This document shows positions 10,480-23,807 of a stretch of 64,000 nt of DNA, in pieces (the first letter of the stretch is position 1; every line of letters starts with the position of its first letter). Position numbers and translations under genes: made by a program. Where the stretch lies: the NCBI RefSeq assembly GCF_000143415.4, contig NW_003314274.1, positions 1,003,788 through 1,067,787 on the forward strand, written 5' to 3'. Source of the stretch: Selaginella moellendorffii (lineage: Eukaryota; Plantae; Lycopodiophyta). The notes beneath the pieces are model-generated. The model was not told the origin of the DNA, did not search any database, and saw only the letters and a program-made list of their open reading frames with translations.

Positions 10480-11280
10480 ATTTCACGTCATTTTCAAATA
10501 CTTGAAAATTTGTACCTAGTCCCATTTTACTGAATAAATCCCACTTTAACGAAATAGAGCTTTAAGGCACAACATATCTTGGTAATAACTTTTGAGACAA
10601 AGATCCCTTATTATTCAAGTTCTGAGAAGATAGCACACCTAATCTCCCACTTGATAGGATACATCTTGATGATGTTGATCCTTATCACGTCGATACCTAT
10701 CCCAAGCTTTGCTCATTGCCTCAATAGCTCTAGACCAACTATGGCGTAGCTACTCCACTTAAGTCTCAATAGCCAGGACTAACACTTCAGACATTGGTTT
10801 CGGTACAACAATCTGTTGAGGAACCCCACAAGCATTCCCTTGCAGCATCTCCCATGAAGAACAACTAATAGCACTGTAAAATGTGTTATTATAACAGATT
10901 TCTTCTATGTCTAAATGCTCAACTCAGTCACGTTAGTCCGCCGCAACATAGTACCATAAATAATCCTTAACTTGAGCATTCACACATTCGGTCTACCCAT
11001 CGGTTTGAGGATGATAAGCTATACTAAACTTCAATTTGGTACTGAATAACTGGAATAGTATGCCCCAAAACTTCCCTGTAAATCTTAAATCTCTATCCGA
11101 GATCATCTCTTTAGGAAGACCACAAACCTGTCTTACTTCATGGAAAAAAAGCTTTGCTACTTGTTTGGTATTCACTATTTCCACAGTTGGAATGAAGTGT
11201 GCAATTTTCGACAACCGATCCACAACCACCATCAAAGTATCATAATATTTAGACTTCAGTAAAAAAGTGATGAAGTTGAA
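10480..11280 (-). mobile_element. Ty3/gypsy integrase remnant
   Basis: FITFLLKSKYYDTLMVVVDRLSKIAHFIP...GLPKEMISDRDLRFTGKFW...SIAYHPQTDG. Confidence 0.88.
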
Positions 11281-12910
11281 CTTAAATATGAAGTTGAAAC
11301 TATTTAGGATTCTCAGTTTCGGAAATAGGCTTGTGTGAAAGAATATCTTATTAAGTGGAAAGGTTACCCAACTTGTGAATTAACTTGGGAATCTTACATA
11401 TGCTCGTGAGTTTGTCACAGAGTATGAGAATTGTAATAAAGACTAGCTTTTGTAAATCTTGTAATAAATGTTGCAAATCAATAAAGTAATATATTTCTAT
11501 AAATCAAAGTCTTGTTTTTCTCATTCGTTAGTACTTAGGTCAGTTTTGGCAGGTTGACTTCAACACTTTAGTGCATAGGTTCAATCCATAATAATAGGGA
11601 TAACTATTATAGACTAATCACAAATCTCCACCTCTCTCTCGTTACTCATTATTGAAAAAGGGTGTGGTCATGAAAACAACTTCATTTACTAGTTTATAAT
11701 AGTTAAATTTTCCCAACAGGGTTGATTTCTTGCTCAGGGGAGTTGGGCTTCTGGCTCTCTCCTTATGTCCCTGCGGGCAGGGATGTATCATTTCTTTGTA
11801 AGCCGAGTGGTATTTAGAGTAGTAAGGATGGATAACTTTATTAGTCATTTCTTTGTCGGTGATGGCCAAAGGGTGTCTAAGTCTTAACATCTTTGGATGT
11901 AGAGGAGAGGTAGTTCTATAACTCATTTAAGTCAATGTGTTTCTCACATAGTGTGCTTTCCATTAACTTTTGGAATTATTTCCTTGATGGTTTGGTAGAC
12001 TCGGGTATGCATCGACAATAATGTCAATCTTCCCTAAGGGGGAAAGAGTGTTACAAATGTGATTTCAGGTATCAAAAGATACTTATCAACCAGTCCTTAC
12101 AGACCCTCTTTCCTTACTGCCATAACAGCAGGAAGTTAATACAGTTGGATCTCTTTGGTAGCCCCTTTTGTGCTAGTGGAGTTAATTAGACATTTCGAGT
12201 GTACTTAGACTGGACGAGCATAAAAACAAAATTCTTATGTGCTATTAACTAAGCATACTTAGCCTGGTAAGGAGTTCCCATCTCATTGTGTCTTACACTA
12301 GCTAGTGACAAGAACTCTCGTGTATTAAGTGTAGTCTCTCAATATCGCTACATGATAGTTTACCATGTCTGCTAAACACCCTTGCTATCATGCCCTATAT
12401 GTTAGTTCCATTCCAAATCTATATGCTATTTATGGTAAGTGTCTAGATTCGTCTAAGAGGTATATTTACAGAATGTAGATAGTGTCTTGAACCCTATGAT
12501 GTTGTTCTTGTTTCCAAATTTACAATCTAGCATCATTCCATATTTAGTAAATTTCATGCTTGTCCTAAAGATTAACTCCTAGTACTAAGGGAGGCTTGGG
12601 GTGAAAGCCCAAAGTATGTGTTCCTCAAAAGGAGGGTTATAGAGGGTTCTAAATGTATAGTAGGGATAGGTGTTGGAATGTATGTCTGACCATTTAAGAC
12701 ATTAATTTAGATATCCTAATCACAAGAATATCCTTTTTTGTCATTTCACGTTCAACCACCTCACTTCTATTAGGATGTGTCATTCCTTGTTCTGCATCTA
12801 GCTTGGGTCTAAGCCTAAACTCCATGCTACTCTAGTCGGTGGGGTACCCTCCTCCTCGCGTTAGGCCACCGGTATACTGAAATTGTGGCAGACACCATCT
12901 GACACCATTT
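11280..12910 (+). mobile_element. Old chromovirus 3' end: chromodomain, 3' UTR, PPT and partial 3' LTR; same family as 17686-24954
   Basis: YEVETI*...EYLIKWKGYPTCELTWE at ~11290-11390. PPT AAGGGGGAAAGAG then TG at 12049. 11530-12910 aligns by eye to the reverse complement of ~18020-19370. Confidence 0.8.
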
Positions 12911-15855
12911 AGTATGCAAGTGTTGGATATAGGGAGCTAGTGTTCGTGGGATTGTGAGTGTATTGGACCCTTGTTTCATAATGCAATAGACTTGGAGTTC
13001 AACTCCAAATTTAGGTGCTCTATAATAGCAAACAATTCTAAAATTCCCACCCTATAACACTAAAAAAATGGGATAAGTTTCAACAAGCTTCCCTCTCCAG
13101 ACACTCTAAAACTTCTTCCAACACACTTACATTGCTACTACAAATTTAGGAATACTATTAGACTGTGGCCATTCACAAGTGACAAAGAAATTTATCTCAA
13201 AACACACTCTCTTATTTCTAAAGAAAACTTATTCCTAAGACCAAAGGGCTATGATTGTCCTTGGAATGAGACCTAATTTGACCTATTTCACTCCATCCTT
13301 TTCTAGAGTCGAAATCCTTGTAATATTTATGATGCCCACCATCTTCCAAAATATTGGATTATTGTCCCAAACTTTTGTCCTCCTTGCCTTATTTGTGATC
13401 TTTCTAAACCCATCCATGCTCCTTAGATTGCCTCATTCCTAATTCTCCCACTAGATTCCTTAAATTTTGCTATCTAGCATACTATTGTCCACATTATTTG
13501 CCATATGGATTTAACTATACTTTACTATTTCTATCCTTTCTCTAGTACAATTATATTACTTTGCCCATCTCTAGAAAGTTGTGATAGCAAAGGATGCTAG
13601 AAACAAGGATATAGGAGTTAAAAAATGTAAGCATAATAAGGATACAAAAGAACTCTACATGTTCTAATTCTTTTTCAATTATTGGGATTTCCTCTTCAAT
13701 TGCTAATATAATTAAGTTTCTTTGAATTCCACTCTATCAATTTTCACCTCCTTCAAGATGCTTTAGTCTTGAGTCCCCTTGACCTCATTACCCTTACTAT
13801 TTACTCCTTTTGCATGGACCTCTTCTTGATACCCCACTTTGTGGTGTACTCATATTGATTCCACTTATAATTTCCTTTAGGTCCAATTGATCTTGTTTTG
13901 TTGAAGCCTCCATATCCCTAGGTCTCTTCCAACATTCTCTATTAAAGGGCTTGTTTTTCTCCTTCTTTCAAGTCTTGGCTTACTTCGGGTAGTATTTTTG
14001 CATCCTATCACCCTAGAGACCCTTCGGAGTCTTAATCCTCATAAGATTCCCAAAATGCAAACTTAACCCTGTTCTACCAAGTTTTTCCTCCATAAGCATC
14101 TATAATTCTTCTTTTGCCTTCCTATGGAAATATTATAGATTTTGCCATGAAAAACATTTCCTATGTATTTTTCTCTCTAGAAAGTATTACTTCCTGCCAT
14201 TCTTTAGCCATTTCAATTATTTGCATAGCCATATTTTCCTCTTGAATGATCATTTCTTTCTTCAACCACTCGATCTCATATTTAAACTTATTAGTGTCTT
14301 CCACCATCATTTCTAACTCTTGGATTCTCAAATCCTTATTTTTGAGCTTTTGTACCATATGATCCCTATGAGCATACACCATCTTAACCTTCTTTGTTGT
14401 TTTTGATTGAAGATGGCAAAAAATTTACTACCTTCATAAGTAGCTCCTAGGTACTTAAGCAATTTTCTAAAAACAAATTTGTCTCTTAAATATCCTCTAA
14501 CATCATTTCCCATTGCCCCCCTAAGAATCTCAATCTCCTTTCTTAAAAGTTTTATATTAGAATTTTTATATTCCTAGAGTTTCACTATCAACTCCCTTAT
14601 ATACTCTATGAGCTAATATATTATAGTCAAATGTTCTTCATCTCTCCCCTAGACAACCTTCATGAGGAATCTCATTCTGAAGATCTATCATAAACTTTTC
14701 TTTCTTATATCCCTATACCTTGAATGCATCCATAAGTAGATATTATTGGATCACTACAACCATAAGCTTCTTAGAACCAAGTCTTGAATATGGTAGGTTC
14801 CTCTATCTCTCTAGAAAAGCATATCTAAAAAGCCAATCTAAAACCTCTCCTTCACGTATTTTCTTATGAATTTCTAACTTTATTTTCATAGAGAGCTCCA
14901 TAAAATAGTATTCCACCTCGTTCTAATTAAACAAGTGCACCCAAGTAGGAATGCCACTATTGATTGTTGCATACTACATTCTACATTTAGAATTTCCTCT
15001 CCTTTCTAAGAATCTTCAAGAATCTCTTCCTCTTCTGCCTCATTGAGGATCTTTTGTAAATAAAGATCCTTTATCTTCCTTCATGTACCTAAAGTTAACA
15101 TAAAAATGCTCATAAACATTTCCAAGCTAATTAAATCTCCATTTGTAGTGTTATTTTAAATCTAAGGCCTTATGTTAGTCATAGTAAAATGGCTTTAATA
15201 TCTTGTGTCAAAACCTCTCTCTTACTTAGGAGATTTTAGAGAAGAGATGTTATCTTATCTCAAGATCATGATTGCTTTTAAACCGACCCTCTCATATTTG
15301 TTGATAAGTGATCCTTCTTTATTTAACCTATCCCTTTAATTCCCCTTTTCCTTAATTAGATTATATTTTTTTTATCATTTGGGTGAAGGCTTTACTTTTG
15401 CACTCATAGCCTTTTTTTTGGACAATTTAACTCCCCCACTCTTTGCTCTATTTGTTTTCCTAGAAGATTCTTTTTACAAATGTTTTCCTCGTGAGGCACT
15501 TTATTCATGTTCATGGCAATGCCTCCTCCAACTCTTCACCTAAACATGTCACACCATTGTTGATCAATTACTTAGACTTTTGATTCTCATCAATTCCTTG
15601 GAAAACTCTCAAGATTTGCCCACCCCAAAACTAAACTCTCTTCCTAAATGGATCTCAACCATTGATTTCATGTCCTCTTGCATTAAAAGAACTATCATTC
15701 CCTATGCCATATGTTTGTTTATCCATTATTTTTTTGTTTATTTACCTTCCTTACTTCCCTCATGCTCTTCTTGATGCTTTTTTATGGTGTAGTATTGTAT
15801 CCCATCAAGCACAAGGGAATAATTATCTCTTATGCTATTAGTGCTACTCTTTATT

Positions 15856-15955
15856 NNNNNNNNNNNNNNNNNNNNNNNNNNNNNNNNNNNNNNNNNNNNN
15901 NNNNNNNNNNNNNNNNNNNNNNNNNNNNNNNNNNNNNNNNNNNNNNNNNNNNNNN
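15856..15955. other. Assembly gap (100 N)
   Basis: Run of N. Confidence 1.
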
Positions 15956-17685
15956 ACCTTAGCGCGCGAGCTGCATATTTACTAAAAGAACTCTTCCTGT
16001 AACATTACTAAAGTTCTATAGATTCCAAAAGTCCCCCTACCTATAAACCTCATAGAATATATATTCTCTTTTATTAATGGTTGGAATCTCATAAATAAAC
16101 CTAGACTTACTAAACTTACATATCAAATAATTCCCTTTTGAATCAGTAATACTTGGAATACTTCCTTCTGATCCTTGAAAGGGGAATTTTTAATAATTGT
16201 CAAAGCAGAAATGGAAAAATAAAAAAAGAAAATATGCTTATAGTTTAGAGAATATGGTACCTTTTGATATAAAATATTTTGGCCATCACAAAATAAGTAG
16301 GAGGTTCACACCTCTGAACCTTCTCATCACACAATTTAACAATTGAGGCTAGAAAATCAATATAAAAGTCTATAATTTCAAGGGAACATATAAACCCTTT
16401 AGTAATAATGGTAAAACAAAGACTCTTAGTAACACTTATAATTTGGGACACACATTAAATCTAAAACTCTAGTAAAAGTGATTCAACCCTTGGAATAGAG
16501 AACTAATTAACACTAAAACTGATTAAAGGCTTTACCAACAAAATAAAATCAAAATTTTTAGCTTCAAGTTATAATATATTTTATTTCACTCCCCTTAAGC
16601 CAATTGGAAAAGGGGTAATTGTTTAATAAAAGAGCCTTTAGTGGCTATTTTATCCCTATTTATCCCGAAAGTTCCAAAGATTCACGGTGATAATATATGT
16701 AAATCTTATCCCATATCAACATGCTACAAAACACATATTCAATATTTAGATTAGTATGAAAAAAACAAAAACTACTCAACTCAACACTAAACTAAAAATG
16801 AGAATCATAAGTGTCACAAAAGATCAATATATTAGTAGAATAAAATATTGCAAATAAAGAAGAAACATTAGGAATATAAGAAAGTGGCTTAAGTTGAGAA
16901 ATAAAAAAAAAGTTGGGAAATAAGGCAAAGAAAAATAATTAAATGGCAGATTAAAGGATTGATACCTACCTCCAACTCATCTTCAAAGGTATCCTTAAAG
17001 TAATTAAATTCTCGTTAATAGGAATCCATTTAAGCTTATAAATATTATCTTCCTATAAATTCATCATTAAATATTCTTTAAAAACTGAATTACAATCAGT
17101 TCTCTAATTGATATCACAATCGTACTCCATATCAGTAAAAAATAGCAGGACATTGAGAATAGGAGAAGCCATATAATCATGTCACACAGAAACTAGAGAT
17201 AACAACATGGAAGGATAGTTATAATTACATCAAAGATTGGAACAACATCAATAAAATCATGCCGCACAACACCAAAAGTTTAATCTAAAAAGGATATAGC
17301 CACAGGAATAATATTGTTAAATGACAACAATAATGCATTATTTGTAGTCTTAGACAATAGATTCCTCAATTAACAATGACATGATATGGTGGAAGAAGAG
17401 ATTATAATAAAGATTGAAAAGGAAAAACTAATTTAATAGGTATAATTCTAGATTTGTAGAAAAACTAATACAAGTGTCAATCAAAAAAAGAATGAAGAAA
17501 TAAAAATAAAAGTACAATCTTAAATACTGAGCAAAGCATTGTCAAAACCCTTTACTCTCTACAAATTATAATGCCCCTCACTTCGACCAATCTGAGTGTT
17601 AAAGATATAAAAAGAGGTACATTAATTGGTAATTAAACACTTTCTTATATACAATAATGGATGGACCAAATTCAGTCCCAAATAG

Positions 17686-18831
17686 TGTAGCGCACGTGGT
17701 TTTGACCCTTTATCCTATGGTGATTTACCATAGGATAACACCACGAAGCGGAACCTAAACCCTCTTTGTGCCACGTGACAAATGCCATGTGTCACATACC
17801 ACGTGTCCGTGCCACGTGTCCATAGGAACCTGAGGTTCAGGGCCTTGGGCCACTGAACGAAGGAACGGTGCCAAACTCCCAAGCGTGACGCCAAGGAGTG
17901 ATGAAACCGGACCACGGAGCAACTCCCGAGCATATAGCCCAAGGAGCGAAGGGACAGGAGCCCGGAGCGACTTGGAATAGTCCTGGAGCAACCAGCATAC
18001 CAATGCCAGGACCAGCACGCAAAACGGAGCCAAACGGAGTCTGGCGCTATTTCGGCATACCGGTGGCCTAACGTGAGGATATGGGTACTCCACCAACTAG
18101 CATGGAATGGAACTTGGGCTTAGACCCAAGCCGGACGCAGAACAAGGACAGACACGCAAGCGGGAGCTAGACTATGCCTCAGGTTGGTCGGCCATGCCCG
18201 ACCTACCCACTATCCCTACTATACATTTGGAACCCCCCATAGCCCCCCCCCCTTGAGGAACACACGCTTTGGGCTTTCACCCCAAGCTTCCCTTAGTATC
18301 AGGAGTTAGTCTCTGGGACAAACTCAAAACTTACTAAATATGGAATGTCCTTAGATTGCGAATTTGGACACAGGACGAACACCATTGTGTTCAGGCCAAT
18401 CTCTACATTCCGTAGATATGCCAAATGAGCAAATCTAGACACTTTCCATAAATAGCATTTGGGACCGAAATGAGACTAACACAAAGGGCATGATAGCGAG
18501 GGTGTTTGGCAGACACGGTAAGCTATCATGTAGCGATATTGAGGGACCAATCTCAATACGCGAGGGTTCTTGTCAAGCCAGTGCAAGACAGAGCAAAAGA
18601 GAACTAACAAGCCGGGCCGAGTATGCTCAGCTAAATAGACACTTAGGAATTCCTTCCTTATGCTCATCCGGCCAAGTACAGATGCAAAGTCCAGTTTACT
18701 AACACTTGAACAAGAGGGACTAATAAAGGGTCCAGCAATACCGACCTCCTGCCATCGTGGCAGTAAGGAAAGAGTGTCCGTAAGGACTGGTCGACAGGTA
18801 ACTTTCGATACCCAAAGTCACATGCGCGACA
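17686..18831 (-). repeat. 3' LTR (1146 bp)
   Basis: Near-identical to 23808-24954. Adjacent polypurine tract (CTCTCTCCCCCTT on +, 18832-18844). Confidence 0.95.
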
Positions 18832-21800
18832 CTCTCTCCCCCTTGGGGAAGATCGACGTCCTCGTCGATGCATACTCCAGTCTAGAATACCGCCAAGGAA
18901 ACAACTCCAGAAAAAGTTCACGGTACTCACACTATGTGAGAAATGCACCAACTTAAATGAGTTAGGGGGCAACCTCTTTGTCTAACGCGGATGCGCTACC
19001 AGCTCAGACACCTTCCGGCCGTCGCCGACAAGGAAATGACCAACGGAGTCAGCCACCCCTGCTGCTCTGGGAGTCACCCAGCTTACAAAAGTGTGATATG
19101 CCCTGCCCGCAGGGACATAGAGAGAGAAGCCAGAGGCCCCAACCCTCCTGAGCAAAGAAACCAAACCCGTCGGTAAGGTTTAGATAGACTACTGTCAACA
19201 GGCAGTTTAGAGTTGTTTACACGGTCACGCCCTTTCAACGAAATAAAGAACATCGACAGAGAGGCGGGTTATGTGACCAGTCGACAGTAGCTACCCCATG
19301 ACTAGAGATTTCACCATGCACACGAAGTGCCGAAGCCAGTCTGCCCATTACTGGCCCAAACTCAAAGATCAATAGATGGACAATATCAAAGTCATAGACA
19401 ATGATATTTTAGAGATTTAATTATCAGTGAATAAAGCTTAGATTAGAACACAAAAGTATTCCAAGTAAGTTATCATCCGATAAACTAGTATTATAGTATA
19501 AGAACCACCAAGATCACTATCATTGGAAAACATAGAATTCACTATCTAACAAAATTCAATAGCAAGTATATCATCAAGTAAACTCAATGATAAAACTTAA
19601 CTACCGAAAATGGCTGATAGCATGCCAAACAACTCACAAAACACAACTCAAAGAACACAAAGTATCATTGACTAACAAGCACAATGCGCGCGAATGTATC
19701 ACCCGAAGGAAATAACATCCAAATCTATCAAAACTAACTCAAGCAACAATCAACAGAAGAGAATGAATGTGGTAAGACCAACAAACACTCATTCCTGCCA
19801 ACTATCACAAAAGCCAATTTGAATAGATCCCAGTCAACAATACCAAGGAACTCAAGTTGCCTAAGCAAGTGTTAGCAACATCCTACTGACGTATCAAACC
19901 CAAGAGACCAATCCAGAGCAAACCACAAAGAACATGTGGTATTGCCAAAAGCCAAAAGCTATCAAAGAGAACAACTAACTATCATGAAAGATCGTCAATC
20001 AGCCCATCAATGTAGTGATGTATAATCATCGTTGAAGAAAGAATCTACCATCCCGAAGAATAGCAAATAATTCCAAACCAACAATAATCAAGCAAAACTT
20101 GTGATAAGGACAATCAACTACCCTAGATGATAGTCAATCATCACCAATGATTGCCATATGCAAATACTAACTTCAACATTGAAGCTAATGAGCCAAAATG
20201 CCTTCCCCAACAACTTCTAACAAATGGAACAATGAGCATAAAACTCAAAGAACCAAAGCTCGAAGAAGCCTATAGCCAAGTCTTGCCTAATAATGATCAC
20301 AAGTCTCATAGAAGCTAACTTCAATGCTAAAGAAGAAATCATGGTGCAACCCACAATGTCTTCTTCAACACATCCATAAGCCAAACTTCATAATGCCAAA
20401 GCTAATGAAGAGCATTTCTGCATCAATCCAAAAGCTAAGCACAATGAAGCTATGCTTAACAAGTGATCATCAAACGATCCTCCATGAATCCATCTATAGC
20501 AAGACGTAATGCACTTCATAACAAGCGCAAGACGAATCATCAATGATTGATAAATCTCAATTCAAACCCAACAAGGATTTAATCACTTCAATATCAATCA
20601 CTAACACATCATCTCGTAAAGTTAGCATAGTCCACGACTAAATCACTTTTCAAGGAAAAGCCAAAGCTTAACCCCTACTAAACAATCTCACCTAAAACAC
20701 AACTAACCCAACTTGCCACTCAGTTCATTTGAACGTCAACATAGTTGCTAACTAACAAATGTACGAATGCCAATAACATAAAGCCATAGCCAAATCATCA
20801 ACACTATCTTCATCAAGACTAATGAAACTCAATATCAATCCTTGGAAGGATATCTCATTTCACTCAAATCTCAATATCAACAATATCAATGACAAGGCAT
20901 CACTTCAATGCCATCAACATCAGGACAAAGCTAGAAGAAAGTAAGAGTGAATCACCACTCGGAGCTTTCCAGCAACCAAGCTAACCAAAGTCGAAGATAC
21001 TATACTTAGTATCCGAGACCAATCCTTCAGCAAAACTCAGTGACAGATAACACATCATCAAGGAGTGAATCACCACATCCAAGACTCAATGAAATCCAAC
21101 ACCACGGACTAAACGTAACCAAATGATATCGACAGAGATAGAATCGATATACTAACATAGAAAATCTATGCAAGTCTAACGACACGATCCTCCGCAACAC
21201 CATCCGGTAAAGCAAGCCCATCACTGCTAAATCATCATCGAGTAAAGCAAGTGTCAACTGTCCTTGATGAAGTCTACAAGTAATCACTAGTCGCAAAGCA
21301 ACTAACAATCACTCCTCAACTTGCCTTCACAAGACCCAACACCAATGCTTGTCACCAAGTTATATACTCGTCCAACAAGAACGTGATACCCCAGGTACGA
21401 GATAAAAGTTCATAGACAAGCATAAACTAAATGACCACTCGAATCCAATTCAACCGCAATAAGCTCACTAGAACATTTAGCCACTAGCTCTGAGCATGCC
21501 TTGAAGAGGCTAGCTATGCATGATCAACACTCAGTCGAAACTAAAGTGAAGACCATGAGATGAACTCATATCGGTACAGAACCTCCTCATAGACAAAGCT
21601 ATAGTACGGGTACCAACATCTCAACCTCAAACAACTAAGTTGGACATCACCATCCTCAACCAAGGTGCAGCCACCAAGACCAAGTCAAGATCAGTGAGAG
21701 CTCACTACTCTCATAGAGTCTAACGTAATGCAAGGTGCAAACTGCCACCAAGCACAATGCTACAAAAGAAAGGCACAAGGGTCACCTTTCTTAGAAAAGC

Positions 21801-23794
21801 GCAACGGCCACTTTTCTACACCAACTCCAGACTCTATCCAACTCAATTGCCTTAGCCCCAAAAGTCAGCATCCCTTTCGGGTTGCATCATACAAACTACC
21901 TACCAAGGTCTAAGCTAACCGAAGTCAACTCCAACCCCTTCACTAGTTTGTACTGGCCTACGAAAACGGAATGGTTTTCGGACAAAATGATCAATAGATC
22001 AGCCATTGGAAAAGTCTAAGAAAATTTGTGGAAAATTTCCCATCCTAGATAAAGAATGACTCTCAGTCCAGGATTGCAAACTTTCCAGACTTCACCAACT
22101 TCCTCCTACCAACAACTTCACATAGGCTCACCTCAACACAAATTCTCATGATCGAACAACATGCTTAAGCATCGAACATCTTTGCCCATATAACCGACAT
22201 CCAACACTGACATCCGCAAAGTGCAAAATGAACATCCAAGGCTTGATCACGAAGACCACATCTTCGGATATCCATATTGCACTAACACTCTTCTTCAATC
22301 ACCTTCAAGATCCAATGTGAAGCCAAAACACTAACAAGAAAAATGACATGGAAAATCAAGCTCTAAGGAAAATTCCTCATCACTCGAATCAACAATGCCA
22401 CTTCCACTAACACAAGTGCTAGTGATGTCAATGCCCCAACTACACATCTTCTCCATCCAACAATCTACTCCAAGTGCTAACGGATCAACCGACAAGCTAT
22501 AGCAAATGAATGCTACAACCCATTCCCAACACCTAATGGGCAAACTCAAGGAAACAAGGTACCAACATAAGCTTAGCATAATGGACCACCATTGAGAATC
22601 CAGTCAAAGCTACGACAATGCTACTTCGTGCAAGTAGACTAGCTTCTCCATCAACCACTTTGGGGTTGATCATCATTTACCCAAGCAACTTCGTAAACAC
22701 ATTGCTCTTTATCACATGGATATGATATAAGCATCACAATGACTTGATCATCAATTGAGTAACACAATGAGCAATGCCTATGTCATTACTTCAAACGTTT
22801 ATGTGAGTATCAAATGCCAACTCGATTCGACAAAATGCAACATAAATGCCACACTCCACGAATAGAGGTTTACGACACCCAACACCACTAACTTTTGTTC
22901 ACCACACGGGCAAGCTCATGCCACTCTCTTTCCGACCAAACTCAAAACTAATCCAACACCAATCTACTCAAGGAGCAATAGCAAGGTTCGCCGGAAAAGA
23001 ATTGAGCATTGCAACCCAAGTCTTCCAATAGCGAGCCTAAACAAAATGGTTTAGTGTTTCACCACTATCCATCCCATAACTCACCACTTGTAAGACCATC
23101 ACTTCCAACATGCATCAAGGTAGGGATTCTTGATTGCATGAGAACACAAGCAATGAGTTAACACCTCGTTGCAAATCATCTCTCCAAGAAGAGAAGATGA
23201 TTTACGTATTTGATCCTCCGTCCTCGATGACTCTCTTTTCGGTCTCATCTTTGACCAAACCTCAAGCTTGCTTTCGCACTGCCTTCAGTTCAACCCAAGA
23301 AAAGTTTATGAGAGAGCACGGCAATGATTACTTGAACCAATAGACTATTCCCTACAGTCTTGATTGATCCAATTATAATCATGCCTAGGAAGGATCCACT
23401 AGTGCCGTGCTAAACAGCTACGGACCAGCCTAATTGCCACTCATAGCAAACCAAAGGAAAGTTTATTTTCACCCATGGTACATGGAACAACTCATCGAAC
23501 CAACAATAGGCTAACATTAATCCTGCCAACTCAAAGTGTAACCTCGAGTTGCTAATGTGCCTCACTCACGAGCCCAAGCGCAAACTCGTGTAATGGAACA
23601 ACTCAGTCCACCCTATGAGCCCAAGAGCAAGCTCACATAATATAGAACAAAAAGGTAACCAAAACCTATCCCAAGGAACCAATGCGAAGTCTTTGCACCA
23701 AAACGTGTACCCACTCGGATCATCGTTTTCATCTCTGCGTATGCAACGAGACTAGTTGCCCAATCTCACTGAATAGTACTCGCTGAGACTCATC

Positions 23795-23805
23795 CTCTGA
23801 TACCA
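23795..23805 (-). promoter_or_regulatory. Primer-binding site complementary to initiator tRNA-Met
   Basis: CTCTGATACCA on + reads TGGTATCAGAG on -, 2 nt from the LTR. Confidence 0.9.
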
Positions 23806-23807
23806 AA

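Noticed and set aside
12950-17685. AT-rich region with short minus-strand coiled-coil-like ORFs (14161-14513)
   Set aside because: Probably old TE debris, but no diagnostic motif was recognised. It is interrupted by an assembly gap, so it is left unclassified.
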